A DNA stretch of 64,000 bases from Pseudomonadota bacterium. Its GTDB lineage: Bacteria; Pseudomonadota; Gammaproteobacteria; Burkholderiales; Thiobacillaceae. Below the pieces are notes generated by a model. The model ran no database searches, was not told the DNA's origin, and saw only the letters and a list, made by a program, of their open reading frames with translations. The stretch is from the NCBI GenBank assembly GCA_041694715.1, contig JBGFSF010000016.1, forward strand, positions 8,097-72,096. The letters run 5' to 3'. Of this stretch, positions 1-7,026 are shown piece after piece (within the stretch, counting starts at the first letter, position 1; each line of letters begins with the position of its first letter). The position numbers and the translations under genes are program-made.

Positions 1-159
1 GAGGAACCAGGCGAGCTTGTTGCGCGATTCGGTGAGGTCTTCCGGGTGCAGTTTGCGGATGCCGTAGTAGTCGGGGTCTTCGTCCATCAGGTCGTAGAAA
101 CGGTCGACCAGTTTGCGAATGATGTCGCCGCCGCCGAGGCGTTCGTAGTGCGTCTGCAT
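1..159 (-). CDS. Group II truncated hemoglobin (5' part; runs off window start)
   Basis: Reverse-strand translation from the ATG at 159 is MQTHYERLGGGDIIRKLVDRFYDLMDEDPDYYGIRKLHPEDLTESRNKLAWFL, with the YxxLGG and LVDRFYD motifs of 2/2 hemoglobins; 2 bp downstream of the purT stop. Confidence 0.85.
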   Translation of the reverse strand, partial: MQTHYERLGGGDIIRKLVDRFYDLMDEDPDYYGIRKLHPEDLTESRNKLAWFL

Positions 160-161
160 GC

Positions 162-1358
162 TCAGGCCTTCACCGGGCGAACCGTGGACGCCGCGGCCTT
201 GGCGCGCGCGCGTGCGGTGTCGACGTCCGCCGCGACGGCGAGCGCAACGCCCATGCGGCGACGGGCAAAGGACTCGGGCTTGCCGAACAGGCGCAGGTCG
301 ACGCCGGGCGTGCGCAAGGCCGTGTCGACGCCGTCGTAAGCGATGCCGGCGGCGTCCAGGCTGCCGTAAATCACCGCCGAGGCGCCGGGCTCGCGTAGCG
401 AGACGTCGACCGGCAGGCCGAGGATGGCGCGGGCGTGCAGGTCGAATTCGCTCTGCCGCTGCGTTGCCATCGTCACCATGCCGGTGTCGTGCGGACGCGG
501 GCTGACCTCGGAGAACCAGACCTGGTCGCCCTTGACGAAGAGTTCGACGCCGAAGAGCCCGCGTCCGCCGAGGTTGCCGGTGACGGCGGCGGCGATGGCC
601 TGCGCGCGCTCGAGCGCCGCGGCCGACATCGGTTGCGGCTGCCAGGATTCGACGTAGTCGCCCTTCACCTGCACGTGGCCGACGGGTGCGCAGAAGTGCG
701 TCTCGATCTCGCCCGACGCGCCCAGGGCGCGCACCGTCAGCAGGGTGATTTCGTAGTCGAAGTCGATCACGCCTTCGACGATGACGCGGCCCTTGTTGAC
801 GCGGCTGCCGGCGGACGCGTAATCCCAGGCGGCGCCCAGCTCGCTGGCGTGGTCGACGCGCGACTGGCCCTTGCCGGACGAAGACATGACCGGCTTGACG
901 ATGACCGGATAGCCGAGTGCGTTCGCGGCCGCCGTCATCTCGGCGAGGCTGTCGGCGAAGCGGTAGGGCGAGGTCGGCAGGTTCAGCGTCTCGGCGGCCA
1001 GCCGGCGGATGCCTTCGCGGTTCATGGTGAGATGGGCGGCGCGCGCGGTGGGGATGACCGTGGCCCGTCCGGCGGCCTCGATTTCCAGCAGGGTCTCGGT
1101 CGCGATGGCCTCGATTTCCGGGACCACCCAATGCGGTTTCTCCTGCTCGATCAGCGTGCGCAGGGCACGGCCGTCGCTCATGTTGACGACGTGCGCGCGG
1201 TGCGCGACCTGGTGGCCGGGCGCGTTCGGGTAGCGGTCGACGGCGATGACTTCGACCCCCAGCCGCTGCAGGGCGATGATGACTTCCTTGCCGAGTTCGC
1301 CCGCGCCCAGCAGCATGACGCGGGTGGCCGAGGGGGAGAGCGGGGTGCCGAGACGCAT
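162..1358 (-). CDS. purT: Formate-dependent phosphoribosylglycinamide formyltransferase
   Basis: [29 protein letters not shown]-grasp [22 protein letters not shown]; start set at the ATG at 1358 inside ORF 162..1727. Confidence 0.96.
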   Translation of the reverse strand: MRLGTPLSPSATRVMLLGAGELGKEVIIALQRLGVEVIAVDRYPNAPGHQVAHRAHVVNMSDGRALRTLIEQEKPHWVVPEIEAIATETLLEIEAAGRATVIPTARAAHLTMNREGIRRLAAETLNLPTSPYRFADSLAEMTAAANALGYPVIVKPVMSSSGKGQSRVDHASELGAAWDYASAGSRVNKGRVIVEGVIDFDYEITLLTVRALGASGEIETHFCAPVGHVQVKGDYVESWQPQPMSAAALERAQAIAAAVTGNLGGRGLFGVELFVKGDQVWFSEVSPRPHDTGMVTMATQRQSEFDLHARAILGLPVDVSLREPGASAVIYGSLDAAGIAYDGVDTALRTPGVDLRLFGKPESFARRRMGVALAVAADVDTARARAKAAASTVRPVKA

Positions 1359-1398
1359 GAGGAATCCTGTCGAACGGGGAAGCGGAATTTTACCGCGG

Positions 1399-2976
1399 CT
1401 ACAGATGCTGCTCGATCGGCAGCGCCCGCAGCAGGCGCAGCAGGCCGCGCTGGAGGGGGGTGGTCTCGGGCTCGAGCTTGGAGATGCGCGGGGCGTCGCG
1501 GTGGACGTCGTGCCAGACCAGACGCCGGTCGGCGCCTTCGCCTTCGAGGCGCGGCCGATAGCTGCGCTCCGGGCGCATGGCGTCTTCGGCGATCGCGGTG
1601 AGCTGGCGTGCGAGTTCGGGCGAGCGGATGACCAGGCCCATTTCGGTGTTGAGATGGACCGAGCGCGGGTCGAAATTGAAGCTGCCGATGAAGACGTGGG
1701 CGTCGTCGAAGACGAAGGCCTTGGCATGCAGGCTGGCGCGCGACGAGCCGCTGCCGAGGTCGCGCAGGCGGCCGCCGCGCGGCTCGGCGACGGGTTTGAG
1801 CTCGTAGAGCCCGACGCCCGTCTCGAGCAGCGCCTCGCGATAGTTGGCGTAGCCGGCGTGCACCACCGGCACGTCGCTGGCGGCGTAGGCGTTGGTCAGG
1901 ACGTCGATTTGCACGCCCTGGTGCCGCCAGTAGCGGAAGTAGGCCATGCCCATCGCGCCCGGCACGAAATAGGGCGAAACGATGAGGGCGCGCCGCTCGG
2001 GGGTGATCCAGAGTCCGGCGAGCTGGCCGATCAGCAGGTCCGAGGGTGCGTGGTGCGGGTGCATGGCCTTGCTGGGCGGGTCGACGATGAGGTCGGCGTG
2101 CGCGAGCAGCCAGCGGCGCGTGCCGGCGAGCAGGCCCGGCACCGGGTCGGCGGCGGTCAGCGCGCGGCCGTAGTCGCTGTCGAGGCGGCGGGCGCGGAAA
2201 TCGGCGAGGTAGCGGGTGGCGCGCAGCAGGCGGGCGTCGTCCGGCGCGACCGGCAGCGCCGAGGCGGGCACCGCGGCCTCGCTGTTCCAGTAGTCGTCGA
2301 ACGAATGCGACAGATGCGCGACGATGGCGCCGGCGGCGAGCACGTCGAGGTCGACGAAGCTGAAGTCCCGATGCGCTTCGAAATACTCGTCGCCGATGTT
2401 GCGCCCGCCGGTGATGCCGAGCTGGTTGTCGGCGATGAAGGCCTTGTTGTGCATGCGGCGATTGAGGCGCACGTGGTCCTGCAGCGCCTGCCAGGCGCGC
2501 ACCCACAGGTTGCCGCCGCGGGTGTGGAAGGGGTTGAACAGCCGCACCTCGATGTTGGGGTGAGCGTCGAGCGTGGCGAGTCGCAGCTCCTTGTCGCCGC
2601 TGTCGATGTCGTCGACCAGCAGGCGCACCCGCACGCCGCGCTCGGCCGCCGCTAGCAGGGCGGCCGCGACCAGCTTGCCGGTGGCGTCGTTGTGGAACAG
2701 ATAGGTCTGCACGTCGAGCGTGCGCGTGGCGCGCTGCGCCAGCGCCACGCGCGCGGCGAGCGCGGCGTGGCCGTCGTGCAGCAGGTGGAAGCCGGACGCG
2801 CCGGCGGGAAGGTGACGGGCCAGCTGCGTCTGCAGCGGGCTGTCGAGCCGGTTCGAGACGGCGTAGGTGACCGGCCGCGGGGCGTCGAGGTCGAGCGTGC
2901 CGGCGCAGCCCGACAGCCCGAGCAGCGCCGCCAGGGCGAGGGCAGCGGCGGGCAGCGCGTCAGGCCAGCGAGCCAT
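1399..2976 (-). CDS. Phospholipase D family lipoprotein (ClsC/YmdC-like cardiolipin synthase)
   Basis: Two HKD motifs ([20 protein letters not shown]), [19 protein letters not shown], lipobox LLGLSGC. Confidence 0.9.
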   Translation of the reverse strand: MARWPDALPAAALALAALLGLSGCAGTLDLDAPRPVTYAVSNRLDSPLQTQLARHLPAGASGFHLLHDGHAALAARVALAQRATRTLDVQTYLFHNDATGKLVAAALLAAAERGVRVRLLVDDIDSGDKELRLATLDAHPNIEVRLFNPFHTRGGNLWVRAWQALQDHVRLNRRMHNKAFIADNQLGITGGRNIGDEYFEAHRDFSFVDLDVLAAGAIVAHLSHSFDDYWNSEAAVPASALPVAPDDARLLRATRYLADFRARRLDSDYGRALTAADPVPGLLAGTRRWLLAHADLIVDPPSKAMHPHHAPSDLLIGQLAGLWITPERRALIVSPYFVPGAMGMAYFRYWRHQGVQIDVLTNAYAASDVPVVHAGYANYREALLETGVGLYELKPVAEPRGGRLRDLGSGSSRASLHAKAFVFDDAHVFIGSFNFDPRSVHLNTEMGLVIRSPELARQLTAIAEDAMRPERSYRPRLEGEGADRRLVWHDVHRDAPRISKLEPETTPLQRGLLRLLRALPIEQHL

Positions 2977-3514
2977 CCAGACGCCGCCAGGCGAAGTGGG
3001 GACCGGGGTCGGTCTTGCGCCCCGGCGCGATGTCGCTGTGGCCGACCACGGCGCGGATCGGGTAGGCCTGCTTCAGCGCATCCAGCAGCGGCAGCAGCGT
3101 CGCGTACTGCGCCTCGGTGAAGGGCAGGTCGTCGGTGCCCTCGAGCTCGATGCCGATGGAAAAGTCGTTGCAGCGCGCGCGGCCTTCCCAGTCCGACTGT
3201 CCGGCGTGCCAGGCGCGCAGGCCGCAGGGCACGCACTGGATCAGGCGGCCGTCGCGGCGGATGAAGAAATGCGCGGACACCTGGAGGCCGCGGATGCCCT
3301 GGTAATAGGGGTGCGCGTCCCAGTCGAGGCGGTTGGTGAAGAGTTCGAGCACCGCGTTGCCGTCGAACACGCCGGGCGGCAGCGAAATGTTGTGCAGCAC
3401 GACGAGTTCGATGGGCGTGTCAGCCGGCCGCGCATCGCAATTGGGGGAAGGCTGCCGCGCCGCGCCGGCCAGCCAGCCGGCGTCGTCGAGGCGGAAAGCG
3501 GAAGCGGCGCTCAT
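2960..3514 (-). CDS. ampD: 1,6-anhydro-N-acetylmuramyl-L-alanine amidase
   Basis: SPNCDARP, VVLHNISLPPG, VSAHFFIRRDG, AWHAG, GHSDIAPGRKTDPGP; the last 184 aa of ORF 2960..5038. Confidence 0.95.
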   Translation of the reverse strand: MSAASAFRLDDAGWLAGAARQPSPNCDARPADTPIELVVLHNISLPPGVFDGNAVLELFTNRLDWDAHPYYQGIRGLQVSAHFFIRRDGRLIQCVPCGLRAWHAGQSDWEGRARCNDFSIGIELEGTDDLPFTEAQYATLLPLLDALKQAYPIRAVVGHSDIAPGRKTDPGPHFAWRRLDGSLA

Positions 3515-3604
3515 GGGCGGCAAGCTTACTCGACCTGCCGTCCGTCTGGAAACATCGGCGGCAAGGCCGTAGACTGCGGGCTTTCGCCGTTTCCGTTTCG
3601 AGTC

Positions 3605-4165
3605 ATGACCCCTACCCAGAAGGCGCAGCAGCTGCTCGACCAGTCCGAACTCGTTGCGCCTGCGGCGACCGTACAGGCCGCGCTCGACCGCCTGGCCGGC
3701 GAGATCGGTGCGGCGCTCGGACAGGCGATGCCGCTGGTGCTGGCGGTGATGGGCGGCGCCGTGGTGTTCGCCGGGCAACTGCTGCCGCGGCTCGCGTTCC
3801 CGCTGGAATTCGACTACCTGCACGTGACGCGCTACCGCGACAAGACGCGCGGCGGCGAGATGGAATGGCGCGTGCTGCCGGGCAAGGACGTCGCCGGCCG
3901 CACCGTGCTGGTGCTCGACGACATCCTCGACGAGGGCGAGACGCTGGCGGCGATCCGCGACAAGCTTGTCGGCATGGGTGCGGCGCGGGTGTGGTCGGCG
4001 GTGCTCACCGACAAGGCGAACGGACTGGCCAAGCCGATCCGCGCCGATTTCGTCGGACTCGCCGTGCCGGACCGCTTCGTGTTCGGCTGCGGCATGGACG
4101 TGTACGGCCTGTGGCGCAACCTCCCGGCGATCTATGCCCTGCGCCCCGAGGCGATCAAGGAATGA
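3605..4165 (+). CDS. hpt: Hypoxanthine-guanine phosphoribosyltransferase
   Basis: PRPP-binding loop VLVLDDILDEGETL, RFVFGCGMD; start at ATG 3605. Confidence 0.88.
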   Translation: MTPTQKAQQLLDQSELVAPAATVQAALDRLAGEIGAALGQAMPLVLAVMGGAVVFAGQLLPRLAFPLEFDYLHVTRYRDKTRGGEMEWRVLPGKDVAGRTVLVLDDILDEGETLAAIRDKLVGMGAARVWSAVLTDKANGLAKPIRADFVGLAVPDRFVFGCGMDVYGLWRNLPAIYALRPEAIKE

Positions 4166-4177
4166 GGACGATCTGAC

Positions 4178-4942
4178 ATGTTGGGAATCATCGGCGGCAC
4201 CGGGCTCACCCAGCTCGCCAATCTGGAAATCACCCACCGCCAGGTGGCGCGCACGCCCTACGGCGAGCCCTCCGGGGCGCTCACCTTCGGCCGCATCTGC
4301 GGCCAGGAGGTGATCTTCCTCGCGCGCCACGGCTACGGCCATACCATCCCGCCGCACGAGGTGAACTATCGCGCCAACCTGTGGGCGCTGAAGGACCAGG
4401 GCGTCGACCGCGTGGTGTCGGTCGCCACCGTCGGCGGCATTCACCCCGAACTCATTCCCGGCATGCTGGTGATTCCCGACCAGATCATCGACTACACCCA
4501 CGGCCGGGCCAGCACCTTCTTCGCCGCCAATGGCGACAAGCCGGTGACCCATCTCGATTTCACCTATCCCTATTGTGCCGCGATGCGCGCTTCGCTCCTG
4601 CAGGCCGCGCAGCGGGCGGGCATCCGCCTGCGCGACGGCGGCGTCTACGCCGCGGTGCAGGGGCCGCGGCTGGAAACCGCCGCGGAAATCAACCGCCTTG
4701 AGCGCGACGGCGCCGACATGGTCGGGATGACCGGCATGCCCGAAGCCTATCTCGCGCGCGAACTCGAACTCTGCTACGCGGCGGTGGGCGCGGTGGTGAA
4801 CTATGCGGCCGGGCGCGGCCTGTCGGCCGACGGCATCCAGATGGAGGAAATCCAGGCGGTGCTGGGCGAGGTGATGCGGCAGGTGCGGCACTTGCTGGAG
4901 CAGCTCGTCACCGACGAAGCCACCGGCGCGTGCGCCGTGTGA
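4178..4942 (+). CDS. mtnP: S-methyl-5'-thioinosine/MTA phosphorylase (MTAP/PNP family)
   Basis: LGIIGGTG, FLARHG, QGPRLETAAEI, VGMTGMPEA; the C-terminal VVNYAAG (Asn) points to 6-oxopurine specificity. Confidence 0.85.
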   Translation: MLGIIGGTGLTQLANLEITHRQVARTPYGEPSGALTFGRICGQEVIFLARHGYGHTIPPHEVNYRANLWALKDQGVDRVVSVATVGGIHPELIPGMLVIPDQIIDYTHGRASTFFAANGDKPVTHLDFTYPYCAAMRASLLQAAQRAGIRLRDGGVYAAVQGPRLETAAEINRLERDGADMVGMTGMPEAYLARELELCYAAVGAVVNYAAGRGLSADGIQMEEIQAVLGEVMRQVRHLLEQLVTDEATGACAV

Positions 4943-4949
4943 ACGGCCG

Positions 4950-5672
4950 GTGAAGCTGTTCCGCGCCCTGCGGTCCCAGGGCTTCGGCACCCGCAAGACC
5001 TGCCGGCTGCGCATCAACAAGGGCGAGGTGGCGGTCAACGGCGCGGTGTGCGACGACCCCGACGCCGAGATCGACTCCGACGGCCTGACGCTGACCGTCG
5101 ACGGCGTGGATTGGCGCTACCGTGACAAGGCCTACGTCGTACTGCACAAGCCGGCCGGCTACGAGTGCTCGCACCGCCCCAGCCATCATCCCAGCGTGTT
5201 CGCGCTGTTGCCGCCGCCGCTGATCGAACGCGGCGTGCAGTGCGTCGGACGGCTCGACCAGGACACCACCGGCCTCTTGCTGTTTTCCGACGACGGCGCG
5301 TTCATCCATCGCATGATCTCGCCGAAAAAGGGCGTGGCGAAGGTGTACCGGGCCCGGTGCGCCGAGCCGCTGGCCGCGGCAATGCTGGAGGCGCTGCGCA
5401 GCGGCGTGCAGCTCAACGACGAGCCGGCGCCGATCGCCGCGCTCGCCGCCGAGGCGCTCGACGCGCACACGCTGCGGCTGGTGCTGGCCGAGGGCAAATA
5501 CCACCAGGTGCGGCGCATGGTCGCGGCGGCGGGCAACCACGTCGACGCGCTGCATCGCGAGGCAGTCGGCGCCTTCGACCTTCCGGCCGACCTGCCGCCC
5601 GGCGCCTGGCGCTGGCTGGAGACCGACGACCTGAACAAACTGGAGCAGCCATGGCCGTCCGCAACGTCCTGA
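4950..5672 (+). CDS. rsuA: RsuA-family rRNA pseudouridine synthase
   Basis: S4 domain, HKPAGYECS, catalytic [22 protein letters not shown]; GTG start. Confidence 0.85.
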   Translation: MKLFRALRSQGFGTRKTCRLRINKGEVAVNGAVCDDPDAEIDSDGLTLTVDGVDWRYRDKAYVVLHKPAGYECSHRPSHHPSVFALLPPPLIERGVQCVGRLDQDTTGLLLFSDDGAFIHRMISPKKGVAKVYRARCAEPLAAAMLEALRSGVQLNDEPAPIAALAAEALDAHTLRLVLAEGKYHQVRRMVAAAGNHVDALHREAVGAFDLPADLPPGAWRWLETDDLNKLEQPWPSATS

Positions 5673-6184
5673 AAATGGGCGATCCCCGCCTGCTGGTCCC
5701 GGCGCAGCCGGTCGAGGACTTCGGCTCGCCCGAACTCGCGCAGCTCCTGGTCGACATGCGCGACACCATGGAGGCGCTCAATGGCGCCGGGCTCGCCGCA
5801 CCGCAGATCGGTGTCGGCCTGCAGGTGGTGATGTTCGAGGTGATCGCCAACCCCCGCTATCCCGAGGCCGAACCCGTGCCGTTCACGGTGCTGATCAACC
5901 CCGTGCTGACTCCCCTGTCCGACGAGGTCGAGGAGGGCTGGGAAGGCTGCCTTTCGGTGCCCGGCATGCGGGGCCTGGTGCCGCGCCATGCCGCGCTGCG
6001 CTACCAGGGGTTCGACGCCGCCGGGCGACCGATCGACCGCAGCGTGAGCGGCTTCCACGCCCGCGTCGTGCAGCACGAAGTCGACCACCTGAACGGCGTG
6101 CTTTACCCCATGCGCATCCGCGATCTGCGCCATTTCGGCTTTACCGAGACCCTGTTTCCGGGGCAGGTGCTGCAGGACGACTGA
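5651..6184 (+). CDS. def: Peptide deformylase
   Basis: [27 protein letters not shown]; start at ATG 5651. Confidence 0.95.
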   Translation: MAVRNVLKMGDPRLLVPAQPVEDFGSPELAQLLVDMRDTMEALNGAGLAAPQIGVGLQVVMFEVIANPRYPEAEPVPFTVLINPVLTPLSDEVEEGWEGCLSVPGMRGLVPRHAALRYQGFDAAGRPIDRSVSGFHARVVQHEVDHLNGVLYPMRIRDLRHFGFTETLFPGQVLQDD

Positions 6185-6200
6185 GCGTTATCTACCGCTC

Positions 6201-6237
6201 GTCGGGCATGAATTTAGCTAGCCTAAAGTTGCCCGAC
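6201..6237. repeat. Interrupted palindrome overlapping the sigma28 -35 element
   Basis: GTCGGGCA...TTTAG-CTAGC-CTAAA...TGCCCGAC. Confidence 0.7.
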
Positions 6238-6250
6238 GCCTCGCCGCTAA
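6224..6250 (+). promoter_or_regulatory. Sigma28 (FliA)-type promoter
   Basis: TAAAGTTG-N11-GCCGCTAA versus the consensus TAAAGTTT-N11-GCCGATAA (14 of 16 positions, exact spacing); 52 bp upstream of the flaF-like ATG. Confidence 0.75.
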
Positions 6251-6302
6251 CTTGTAGCGTAACCGTGGGCAAAGGGCTCGCGGACCCGCTTCAAGGACAA
6301 CA

Positions 6303-6680
6303 ATGAAACCGGAACAACCGATTGTGGGGAATCCGAGCGCCGCAGGACAGACGGTGCCGGAGGCCGCCGTTCAGCTTGACACCATCGCCGTCCAGTTGAT
6401 GGCGGTGCAGCGCCACTGGGGTGCGCCCGACCGCGACGCGCACCTGGCTGCCGCGCTCGACGCCAGCCGCAAGGCCTGGCACACGCTCCAGACCGCGCTC
6501 GCGCAAGGGGTGCTCACCCTGCCGCTGGAGGCCCAGCACAACCTGCTGATCCTCTCCGTCTACGCGGACAGCAAGATCAGCAAGTGCGAAGCCATCCCCA
6601 GCGCCGAAACCCTCGGCAGCCTCATCGCGCTGACCCGCACCCTTGCGGCCAGCCTCAAGGAATGGCGGGTGGCAGCATGA
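6303..6680 (+). CDS. flaF: FlaF-like flagellar regulator
   Basis: 125-aa helical protein; LAAALDASRKAW...LPLEAQHNLLILSVY resembles the FlaF pattern ALxxNRxLW...LPxxLRxNLxxL; AGGA RBS; sigma28 promoter upstream. Confidence 0.62.
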   Translation: MKPEQPIVGNPSAAGQTVPEAAVQLDTIAVQLMAVQRHWGAPDRDAHLAAALDASRKAWHTLQTALAQGVLTLPLEAQHNLLILSVYADSKISKCEAIPSAETLGSLIALTRTLAASLKEWRVAA

Positions 6681-7009
6681 GCCACCCGGCGAGGGACCCG
6701 CGCAGCGGGATCGACGGCAAGGCGAATGCTGCCGGAGGCCGATACGATGAAGCGGGCTTCATCGCAGGTGTTCGCGAGGCCGAGCGCTTGAGCCACCCGG
6801 CGAGGGACCCGCGCAGCGGGATCGGCGGTTGGCAGGCGGCCGGCGTCGGGTCGGTGGTGCGCCCGGGCCGGGTGCGCAACCGCACCAAGACCGAAACCGA
6901 CGAGAAGGTCAAGAAGCCGGCCGAAGGCGTGCGCAAGAAAGGGCCGCCCGCGCGCAAGGCGCCGGCGCGCGGGCGCTACGTCGACGAGTACGCGCGCCCA
7001 GCCGTTTGA
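6677..7009 (+). CDS. Hypothetical basic protein with repeat-derived N-terminal duplication
   Basis: ATGA overlap with the flaF-like stop; SHPARDPRSGI occurs twice; Lys/Arg-rich C-terminal half ending GRYVDEYARPAV. Confidence 0.5.
   Translation: MSHPARDPRSGIDGKANAAGGRYDEAGFIAGVREAERLSHPARDPRSGIGGWQAAGVGSVVRPGRVRNRTKTETDEKVKKPAEGVRKKGPPARKAPARGRYVDEYARPAV
6678..6824. repeat. Two perfect 36-bp direct repeats 111 bp apart around a 9-bp-arm palindrome
   Basis: TGAGCCACCCGGCGAGGGACCCGCGCAGCGGGATCG at 6678-6713 and 6789-6824; CGATGAAGC-GG-GCTTCATCG at 6745-6764. Confidence 0.9.
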
Positions 7010-7026
7010 TCAGGCAGCCAGTCTGA

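Noticed and set aside
2960-5038. 692-aa ORF as an AmpD fusion protein
   Set aside because: Only the last 184 aa are AmpD; the rest is antisense to hpt and mtnP
6678-6824. 36-bp direct repeats as a CRISPR array
   Set aside because: Only two copies, the 75-bp spacer is too long and itself palindromic, there is no AT-rich leader and no cas genes in the window
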